Assembly (NCBI GenBank): GCA_012295275.1 | Contig: CM022668.1 | Span: 11,966,001 to 12,030,000, forward strand | Direction of reading: 5' to 3' | DNA: 64,000 nt | DNA from: Chrysomallon squamiferum | Lineage: Eukaryota; Animalia; Mollusca | Part shown: positions 53,085 to 64,000 of the stretch, in pieces | How positions within the stretch are numbered: the stretch's first letter is position 1 | Layout of the letters: every line of letters begins with the position of its first letter | Made by a program: the position numbers and the translations under genes | Notes under the pieces: generated by a model | The model's database searches: none | What the model was told of the DNA's origin: nothing | Seen by the model: the letters and a program-made list of their open reading frames with translations, nothing else

Positions 53085-54917
53085 AAGAAAAATTAAAATT
53101 GAAGAGTTTAAAAATTCTTTAGTGGACTTACAAATAATAACATAAAAATTAATTAATTAAAGAGAAAGAATTATATCAATATCAAAAGATATAAAACATT
53201 TAATAGATATAATAATGTATACATAAACAAAGTCAAATAAATAAATATTTGATAATTAAATAAAAAAAATAAATAAAATAAAATAACTAATTAATTAAAT
53301 AATTTCACAAAGGAACACATAAATAAACAAATAAACAAACTCTAAATATTTTAAAAAAAATGATAATCCATATATATACCTAGTTAATATTTCTTAAATA
53401 TTAGAAAAATAAATAAATAAAAATATTTATAAAAACACTGAGATAGATTTATCCAAGTCCAAGCATAAATTGACAATTATGTTACAAAATCTGTAATACC
53501 AACAAATGATTAACATGTAAAATAAAATTATAATAATAATAAAATAAGAATAATTAAAATAAATAATGATATATAATAATATAAAACAGTAAAGCATAAT
53601 TAAATAAATAATATATGTCACAAAACAGTAACAAAAGTTAAAAACAAAAAAGAAACTTTTTTGACAGTAATAATAAAATTGAAAAGAAAGATAACTCCAA
53701 CTGTAAAGGGAGATAACTAAAATAACCTGCAGCAAGAATGTTTCCTGCCATCCAGAATGTAGCTAACACACTAATCATTGTTCCTCGTTTTTCTTTGGGT
53801 TGAAATTCAACAAAATAGGAAAATATCACAGGAATACTTCCACCCACCCTGAAATTTAAAATTTAAAAATGACAGATAATTAAATTTTTTATTAAACTGA
53901 TAAATGAATTATACTGTGTTAGAGTCAGTATGTATTATAGATGTTTCATTGGGTTTATAATGAACTGCATAAAAAAAAAATAAACTTTAACAAAAACAGA
54001 TTATGTATTTTTTTATAATGAAAATGTATTTATTATTTCAGTTAGGTGTGTTTACATTTAATTTATTTATTAATATATATATATACACACATGCACTCAT
54101 GCAAATATCATACACATATACACCACACACACACACACACAAATACTGATATTTATTTAAAAAATACAAATTTTTATTAAAAAAATACAAATTTTCAAAT
54201 ATTTTTTAGTCGGAATAAAAAAAAAATAAAAAAATTCATTTGTTTTTTAATTTCAATAATTATGATATAAAAAAAAAAAAAAAAAAAATAATAAAATAAT
54301 AATAATAAAATAAATATAAATCATACTAACCCAACACCACTGATGAACCTCATGATAATAAAAAACCAGAAGACCTGCGCAGTGCTGGATATGAGGGCTC
54401 CAACACCATTCAGTAACAACGACCACATCAAAACTGACCTTCGACCTGCTCGGTCAGCCATTGACCCCCAGATATAACCTCCAACCATCATACCTAAAAA
54501 TAGAACGAACATTTAAAACCGTACGATTATTTTAAAATAATAATACAGCCTGAAATACTTTGTCCAATGAAAGTTTTTGTCTTTTGATCACATGGACAGT
54601 GACTTTTTTTTTAGGTTCAAAGATATTTATTTTTTCATGGACATTTTTTTTTTATTTTTTGTATCTATTTTTATATTCCTAGATCAAGCACTGCTTGCAT
54701 TACGATTTCATACTGATAAAATATTTTACTTTAAAATGTCATACTATTGCTTGCATTAACATCATCATGATCAAAAAAACAAAAAAATATATTTATATAT
54801 ATATTTTAAAGTTTTTGAAAAAATATTTCTATTTCTACAGTAAGTGATTGTTTTCTTTATTATTGGTATCCATCCTTTGCTAATAATAAAGTTTAATATA
54901 TGTATATTTTATAGAGG

Positions 54918-54956
<39 letters not shown>

Positions 54957-55347
54957 AACAAATGCAGACACAAATTATTCATCCATCCAAGACTGGAACT
55001 TGAAAAAATTTCAACGTTAAAAACAAAAAACAAAAAAAAGTAAAAAAAAAAGTAAATAAATAAATAAATAAAACTTTGTTTACCAATAAACACTACGGCA
55101 CTGAGCCATCCTTTGGCTGAAGAGGTCATCTGAAGGTCACAGGTTGCCGATGGCAACAGGAATGACACTGACAAGACTTCAACTGCATCGCTGGACACTG
55201 CCCATCCACAGAGCAGCAAAATGTAGAAGTGGTATCGTCCATAGCCTTTGATAGATAGATAGATAGATAGATAGGTAGATAGATGAATAAATTAATTAAT
55301 TAATAAGTAAAAAATTAAATAGCAGTAATATTAAGTAAATATTGAAC

Positions 55348-55393
<46 letters not shown>

Positions 55394-55817
55394 TTAAAAA
55401 TAATAATATTAAAATAATAATAATAATTACAATAATAATAATCATAATAATAATCATAATCATAATAATATATAAAAAAAAGTTAAGTAAGTAAATAAAC
55501 AAATACATAAAAATGGAAAAAATGAATAGCAAAATATATTAAAATCTAAGAAGTACATAAAACCAGAAAAGCAATAATAATATCAAGTATTATATTGAAT
55601 ATCTTGGTGATAATAAAAGAAATAACAACACTATAACTACTACTACTACTATTACCATAATTATTATTATAATTATTATTATTGTTGTTATTATTATTTA
55701 CCTGTTTCCTGAAGAGCATCTTCATAAATGTAAACAGTTTTGCTCCCTTCATTCTCATCATTTTCTGAAAATAAATAAATAAAACAATTTTATACATTTA
55801 AATGCTTATTATTAATA

Positions 55818-55857
<40 letters not shown>

Positions 55858-58024
55858 TATTGGTTTTTAATTTTGTTTATTTGTGTATACAGCTGTCTGT
55901 AATGGATTACTTATGATTTACAAGCTTTAATTAAAATCTTTTTTTTAAATTTTAATCACCATTTATAATAAGTAACATATATATTTTGCCTAAATATAAA
56001 ATATTATATACACTAAATAAATCTGCCAATACATAGACACACAAAACCAACAAAGTACAGAAGTAAGCCTTAATGATTAATCGCAAACATATGTTACACT
56101 TAAGTTAATTCTGAAACAGAAATTTTCTTATATGTGTATCTACATTTACATACAGTATATGATATACATACATACATACATACACATGAGAAACTAGAAA
56201 AAAATAATATAGAAAGATATTAACTAAACTAAAAGTTTACCTATGTTAAATGCTGTAAGTGAAATTCGTTCATACGGCACTCCAGGCATTTTGAAATACT
56301 TCAACTTGTTTAGCTAATTAACTTTGTATATGAAAAACACCAGACAGACAGATATGTTTATAATTATACTCATTAGTTACACACGAACTGCTAAATATGG
56401 AAGAAGGTTTGATAACTGTTTGTAGGTCGAGCAAGGCCACTATTAATTAAATAACTGTTTTACGTCATTAATTTTTAGAAATGTATTAATTTTATATTTA
56501 TTAAGTCATACAAAAAACACTGTAGAAATGTATTTATTTATATTAAATTTTTTAGAAGTATATTAATTTACATTAAATTTTTTAGAAGTATATTAATTTA
56601 TATTAAATTTTTTAGAAGTATATTAATTTATACTAAATCATATAAGGTCACTGTTAATTAAATCATTTATTTTGCATCATTACTTTTTAGAAATGTATTA
56701 GATATATTTGTTTATATCAATACAATTATTTTTTTAGACCAGTGTTAATTAAAACATTGTTATATGTCATTACTTTTTTTTTTTAAATCTTTTAATTTAT
56801 ATTAAGTCTTATGAGGCCACATTTAATTAAAATGTTGTTTGATGTTGCCATTCCTTTAAAGTCTTTTTGTTAAAAAGATGATTATAATTATACAAAAACA
56901 ACAAATAATAATTGATTAAGTAATATGACAGAAGTGGTGGTTGTAGTGTTATGAGTGGTAGTAGTTGTAACAGATGTACTAATAAAAGTGTAAGCAGTAG
57001 TAGTTTTAAAATTAGTAGAAGTAATAGCTGTAGTATCAACAGTAGTAGTAATAGTAGTAGTACATAACTTTATACTGATCAGAAAGCATATATAATTGCC
57101 TTTACTTTATATGTATGTGTGTGTGTGTGTGTGCATATATGTATATTTATATATGTATGTATGTATGTATGCATGCACACACACAATATACATATACATA
57201 AAAATAAATATACACACAGACATATATATATACACATATACATACATACATACATACACATACACATACACATACATACACACACACACACACACACAAT
57301 TATATATATATATATATAAAAAAAATGGTTTGTTGTCACAGTGCAGCAAGATAAGTTTCCTTTCATGCCATTTTTTTAAATAAAACAGATTCTCAACAAA
57401 TTTAAAAAAATATATATCAAATAACATTAAAATATGTAAAAGAAAAATATTCATTAAGTTGTGTCTAATTCATCTATAATTATGTCGCCAAGGGCCATAT
57501 TTTGTCGAAAGCATTTTACCCTTGTTTTAAAACAGTTTTATCTGTGATAAACTGAGTTTTTCTTTATTCAGGATGAAAGATATGGTGTGTGGCAGGTATA
57601 TTCCAGTAAGTATGATTTTATTGACAGAATGCATATATATTTGTTTGTTTGTGTGTGTGTGTGTGTGTGTGTGCACACGTATTTATTTATTAATGAAATA
57701 TTTTATATTATTTATTTACAAACTTGAATACATAAAAATTGTGGTTGTAATTGCCACTTATGTAACACACCTATATATATATGTGTGTGTGTGTGTGTGT
57801 ATGTGTGTGTCTATATATATATATATGTAAAATGATTTGTATGTATGTATGTATACATGGGTGTGTGCAAGTGTCCATATAAAACATTACAGTTCTTTAA
57901 CATTCACGACAGAGTTTATACTGATTAAAATTGCATAACTTTCTCCTTAGTAATCTCTCTCCTCTTTTCATTCTCTCTCTCTCTCTCCTCCTCTCTTTCA
58001 ATTTGTCTGTTTCTCTCCCACTAC

Positions 58025-58057
<33 letters not shown>

Positions 58058-58900
58058 GACACATATCTGCATCTCTCTTTCTTTCACACTCTCTCTCCCT
58101 CTATATATATCTCTCTCTGCCCTATCTATATCTCTCTCCCACTATCTCTCTCTAAATGTCTATTTCTTTTGTTCTGCATCTTCTTTTTCTCTGCCCTACT
58201 GTAAATGCCATCCAGAAAATTGATCTTGTTAAAGAAACATGAAACATAAAATGTATGGGAAAATTACTATCTAGATATATCTAATTTCTATATCTGTTTT
58301 ATTGCTTATTTTAGATACTTCACATACCCTTTCATTTTAGGTTTAAACCATATTACAGTATATTTCAGATTAAATAAAGACATTATAGGTTGTATCTTTA
58401 TATGAAAATAATTTCTTTCATGGCTTCTGACAAAAGCAAATACTGAAGTATGAGAATATTTAATATTCACAACAGATAATTCCATGGTTTAATTATAATT
58501 TTATTTTTTTATTATTTTATAATATACAATTTAGTAATTAACTGTAATTATAGTTTAAATTAAAAAAATAAAATAAAAAATAAAAAAATAAAAATAATGA
58601 GGAATATGAAACTGAAATTAAATATTTTAATCAATTACGTTTATAATTAATATTGATACACTCAAAACAAATATCACTTCACCTGTTGTGGCATAAAAAA
58701 ACTTATGTAATTTTATTTAAATGTATTGATATGTTTTGATTCAATACAGCTGCTGTGATGATCACAGAATTTTGTTTAACATATCTGCTTCTTTTTTTGT
58801 GTTTTCTTTCTGCATTTTTAATGTTATTTATTTTGTGACAAATATACATATATATATTATAAAATAATAAAATAAAATAAATAAATAAATAAATAAATAA

Positions 58901-58934
<34 letters not shown>

Positions 58935-59941
58935 GTGATAGTGATAATAAATAATAAATAAATAATTGTGATAATACATAATAAATAAATAACATAAAAT
59001 AAATTTAAAAAAATTAAAAACTTATTATCATATTATGTGATGGTTCATGGAAGTATGTAGAATAAAACGTAATAATTTTATTTATCTGTAATAACTAATA
59101 TAAAGCAAGCTAAAGGCCGTACTGTAAGTTCATACAAGTTAAATCTGTGGATACAGAAATTATCCGATTGTTTATAGGTAAATCTGCTATCGATTTATAT
59201 CTCTGAAGACGTTTCCATTAACCAGTTATATTAAAATTACTCTGAAGTCTGTATTAAAACGCAATTTTTAAACTCAGAAACTGAGACCAGACCGTAACAT
59301 CTGGGCGCACAATCTGCCTAATGCGTCAAACAATGTTAGGCATTACCGTCAATTTCTACCTCGTCGATGTAGTTTTCAAAACCCAAAAGACTTTTTCTTT
59401 CTTCCTGATTTCTCATGCTAACTGCAGATCGAACGTTTCTGACATACCAAACTTCGATATCTGTAATTTCCGCGTTCAGACCATTATTCGTAAAATGTAA
59501 ACAACCGGTGTATGGACAAATAAAGGTCTGTGAAGTTATGTTTATAGTTTATTGTAGTTATTCTTCGTTGTTGAAAATTTCCAGTGAAACAAAACGACGG
59601 TTTTAAGTTAAATATCATGGTTAAATATCATTGATATAAAGTAACTGCTAATGGGAAATAGCTTAAGGGCACATTAACTGAACAGACAGAGAGAGAGATA
59701 GAAAAAAATGCCTGTCATAGTGCAGCACTAATTTTTCACAGCTTCTCTCTAAAACCGGTCTAATTCAATGTCGTTTATCCTTGAGTTATCCTATTATTGA
59801 CGATTAAAATTACTTCATAACGGTCTAACAAATTAACTAAGTAACAAACAAACTTAATGACTAAGTAAATAAATAAATAAATGCACTCAACTTAACCTTT
59901 ATATTAAGTTCAAAATATTTACCTGTGTTCGATTGAGCCAT
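48976..59941 (-). CDS. SV2/SVOP-like major facilitator superfamily transporter (synaptic vesicle glycoprotein 2-like), ~525 aa
   Basis: Common exons: 55702-55764, 55084-55245, 54331-54493, 53727-53848, 52827-52987, 52491-52565, 52010-52123, 51230-51318, 50018-50255 (2 extra nt), 49637-49796, 48976-49159. Candidate first coding exons: 56241-56289, 59347-59416, 59923-59941. SV2-family motifs: YEDALQETGYGRYH, DAVEVLSVSFLLP, GMMVGGYIWGSMADRAGRR, SYFVEFQPKEKRG, SWRIF...MPESPKYL, GYYGLFMWFPELF, NLPGN..DKLGRK, WNALDVLSSELFPTSVRSTAMG. Confidence 0.9.
50690..51165. repeat. Intronic compound repeat (act)n-tctactgat
   Basis: Generates the spurious Thr/Ser/Asp-rich ORF 50627-51322; lies within an intron of the SV2-like gene on the opposite strand. 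Confidence 0.9.
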
Positions 59942-60433
59942 TGTACTTCTCTTGTTTTATTTTTGATTTATGATTGGAAACCCGAGTTTTGACATTAATT
60001 ATTATTATTATTATTATTAAAAAAATTTTTAATATATTTTCTGTTACTGCTGTCAAAAGCTCAGTAATGATTAATAAGCAAAGCGTTTTACATCACAGTT
60101 TGATAAGTGACATAACGAACAATAATAATGATAGGGTTCAAAGTCTATTTTATATCAGTGATACAGAATCACCGAGTATTCGAGAGAGGGTACAGATTTT
60201 ATCAACGCTTGGATTGGTAATACTTTTCAAAAATTTTATATTTTTATATTTGCTATCAACAAAATATTAAATTTCAGCTTCTTTATTTATTTATTTATTT
60301 TTATTATTTTTGAAAAAAAATTTGTTTAAGGAAATCCAGTGTGGGATTTTAATATATGTTAGAAAGCTGTAAAGTAACAACAACAACAAAAATAATGATG
60401 ATGGTGGTAATGACGACGACGATGATGATGACG

Positions 60434-60468
<35 letters not shown>

Positions 60469-60826
60469 CTTATATATATATATATATATATACATATATA
60501 TAGATAGAAAAAAAGATTATATATATATATAATCTTTTTTTTATACTTTTTTTCCCTGGACATTTCGAGAGCAATATGTGTGCATGTGTTTGTATGTTGT
60601 ATGTTAGGTTCAATGAGTGATAAAAAAAAAGAAGAAAGAAAGAACGAGTCTCTAACACAACTGTCACATCACAATGAACGTAAATTATGGTTTAATATAT
60701 CTACCTGTTTTTATATATCTCTCCGTCTATTTATCTATCTATTTATTCATTATTTATTTATATTTTTATATTTTATTTTAAAACTTTGTTAAAATTGTTT
60801 ATTTATTATTATTATTATTATTATTG

Positions 60827-60891
<65 letters not shown>

Positions 60892-61233
60892 TAAACAGTG
60901 AAATACGCTGAGTCACTCAGACAATTATCTCCCTTTTTCTTGAGAGTCAGTGACCTTTTCCCTTGTCGGCTGGTGTATCGCTAAAAGTGCGAGAGACCTC
61001 TATCACGCGGTAACTTCATTCCGCATTTCAGGCCCGTTTTGGCAGTTATGAAAATGAACAAAACACCGATAACATTACAAAATTTATTTATTGCCATTCT
61101 GATATACACAATCTTTTAATCCGGCTATAAATATGATATAAAGTAATTAAAATAGTCGGTATGATTATTATTTTAAATATATACAGGTCTAAATGATCGT
61201 GGTACACTATTTTTTAGATTTGTGTAAAAGGTG

Positions 61234-61293
<60 letters not shown>

Positions 61294-61489
61294 TAAATAA
61301 ATAAATAAATAAAATTAATAAAATCATATCTTCTGTCAAAAACGGTTAAGCCCATTTTAACAAAACTTGAATACATGTAATTAGACATGCTTCTATAAAT
61401 ATTTGAGCAAAGTTTGAGCCAAAATAGAAACACTCGGACATCAGATATGTTTATTGTATATAATAATAATAATAATATATTATAATTAT

Positions 61490-61555
<66 letters not shown>

Positions 61556-62474
61556 ACACACATACCCAGATATGCACAGAAACAACACACATATACACAT
61601 AATAAAAATAAAAATATATGTAAATATTAATATACTTTTTTCGTACATGAATATGCATTAGCTATTTATATGAATATACATTTTATATAAAATTATATTT
61701 CCTTTTATAACTGCTTATATAATTCGAATTATTTTCTATATAAATAATTTTCTAAACAAATGATGATCCATATAAAAATACTGAAATACAACAAGAAAAC
61801 TAACTTCCAACGTAACAATGTGACGTGTCGCACCCTCAAGAATAGTAAATTGTTTTATTAGTTTCAGTATTTTCAGAAATGCTTATATATCAAGAATCGG
61901 CTCCAATTCATTTTTACAGTCTTTAGAAAAAATTAAAAATAATAATAATTAATTCTGTTATAAAAGCAAAAAAAAAAAAAAAAAAAAATAAAATAAAATG
62001 GCAGGCAAAAAGTAAAGCAACTTTGCGCCCGATTATATTCAAACCTGAGTATGTGTGCGTGTATATATATATATAATATATATAATATATATAATTATAC
62101 ATATCTAATTAAAATTACAATTTAATAGCAGACGAAGAATTATATTCTTTTTTTAAAAAGATGGTAAATTAAAGTTATGAACACACAATAATTACTAATA
62201 AATCGTTTCTTCGACAACTTCTCGCATATGGCGATATTTCTCGAGATTCTCGTTCCTGTGGCATTTCCCGATGTATTTTTTCGTCCATACAGATATCGTT
62301 CGTTGTTGTGTCTTTTAGTTCTTTTGTGATACTAGTTACAAACAACACAAATCCACGCTCGCAAACTCACGAACAGAAATATAGAGTTAGCGTACCCATA
62401 CACAGAGAAAAAGATATATTTTGAATAAAAACAGTCATTAAAAACATATATTTTAAAACAGTTCTACAGCAAAA

Positions 62475-62541
<67 letters not shown>

Positions 62542-62950
62542 GAGATTAACAGTATAGTTGCTGTATTTAAAAAATAATATCAACAACACGAAAAAATAAA
62601 AAAAATAAAGAAAAGAAAATGCTTAAATATAATTTTCTGCCATACAGCATTTTATCAAATGACACTACATATTAAGATAAAAATAGATAATGCTACTTCT
62701 GTTAACATATATCATGAAAAACAATTGAAATGATGTCATATTGTAATATAACGTCATCAGACAAGAACATCATAAACGATGGAGAAAAAAAATGTTCGAA
62801 GTTTTGATTGCCTGATAATATATGACGTCATAATATTGTTTATTATTTATCTTTTCCTTTAAAATTCAAATTTCAAATTTAATGCTTCTTTGAAATTTTG
62901 ATAATTTGACTTCTTGATTATCTGATTCGACGAAATTTGCCGTCTGTTCC

Positions 62951-63114
62951 TCAGACGTTGGTCATTCTGTCGTCATTTCCGTTATGCTGATCACCATCGT
63001 CATCTTGGATGTAGAAAGACGCCTTTTTGCTTTCTTTACTTTCCTTGGGCTCTTTTCGCCTCTGTGATGATCTACAGTAATAATAAAACAAAAATAACAA
63101 TATCAGTAACATAC

Positions 63115-63179
<65 letters not shown>

Positions 63180-63236
63180 CGTCATCAACAGCACTAGTGC
63201 CATTAGCACACAATTACTACTTCGCCTAGTATCACA

Positions 63237-63284
<48 letters not shown>

Positions 63285-63926
63285 GCTACTACTATTACTT
63301 CTACTTCTCCCCCTCCTGCTTCTAGTTAATTCATGCCTGGAAACCAAGTTTTTTGTTTTGTTCTTTTGTGATGTCATTTCGTTGACAGATTAACAAAATT
63401 ACAAGTATGTGAATTTTATCTACGATTTATCTACCCATAACAAAATAAACTTGTCAGAACAAATAAACAAAAATGACAAACCTGCCACGTCTGTTAATCT
63501 GTTAAGTTGTTTTATTATTGTTATTATTGTTGTTGTTATTATTAATGTTATTATTATTATTGTTGTTGTTGTTGCTGCTAATGCTGCTGCTGTTGTTCTT
63601 ATTATTTTTATTATTTTAAATTTTAAAAATTATTTTATCTATCAAATTTATTATTATTATTATTTTTAAACTTAAAAAAAAGATTTATTTTACTTCATTT
63701 TGTTTAATGACGTCACGACGTTGATATGTTACGTTTCGTACCTGTTTTCGTGCTCCACGTTTTTCCAGATGGCTGTTTTGGCCATTTCCTCGGTGATGTT
63801 TACTCGATCCGGATCCACTGAACCCCGCCGAGTGACCTCTGACCTGTATTTACCAGCCGTCATATCTTCCTGTATTTTGTACTCCATCATTCGCTGGTAG
63901 TTTTCGTCATCTAGCAAACTCTGCTT
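62951..63926 (-). CDS. C-terminal two coding exons of an SLC4 sodium-coupled bicarbonate transporter (SLC4A8/SLC4A10, NDCBE/NCBE-like), 5'-partial
   Basis: Exons 63742-63926 and 62951-63071, phase-2 GT-AG intron, TGA stop. DPDRVNITEEMAKTAIWKNV resembles the recalled SLC4A10 C-terminal motif DPSVINISDEMSKTALWRNL. Confidence 0.72.
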
Positions 63927-64000
63927 CTAGATAAGTAAGTAAGTAAATAAGTAAGTAAGTAACGTAACGTAAAGTAGGTAAGAAAGTAACTAAAATAAGT

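Noticed and set aside
58681-58700. ATG CCA CAA CAG|gtgaag on the minus strand as a fourth SV2-like first exon
   Set aside because: Ends in phase 0, incompatible with the phase-1 common exon.
1-64000. Dozens of poly-Ile/Leu/Asn/Tyr, FIYL, CV and ER ORFs in the track
   Set aside because: Translations of (aat)n, (ttta)n, (gt)n and (ag)n microsatellites.

Overview
Very AT-rich, microsatellite-laden eukaryotic genomic DNA with spliceosomal GT-AG introns. The composition and repeats suggest an invertebrate, probably a cephalopod mollusc (inference). Nearly all ORFs in the supplied track are microsatellite artefacts, so genes were assembled by hand from short exons. In order: (1) 3' part of a FLACC1/ALS2CR12-like coiled-coil gene (+, to 6181); (2) complete ARP3/ACTR3 (-, 11 exons, 418 aa); (3) two adjacent fold-back structures just upstream of ARP3 (19.7-21.8 kb with ~870-bp arms; 21.9-23.1 kb containing inverted 42-bp satellite arrays); (4) an unrecognised 3-exon 163-aa coiled-coil gene (+); (5) COX7C (+, 78 aa, 6.85-kb first intron, missed by the ORF track); (6) SAC3D1 (-, 8 exons, one apparent 1-nt deletion); (7) an SV2/SVOP-like MFS transporter (-, three candidate alternative N-terminal exons, two apparent frameshifts); (8) the last two coding exons of an SLC4A8/A10-type bicarbonate transporter (-). 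The most interesting items are the long inverted repeat carrying mirror-image promoter/exon units next to the ARP3 promoter, the alternative N-termini of the SV2-like transporter with different sorting motifs, an X-box-like cluster, and a candidate newborn 24-nt micro-exon in SAC3D1. All homology calls are from recalled protein sequences, not searches.
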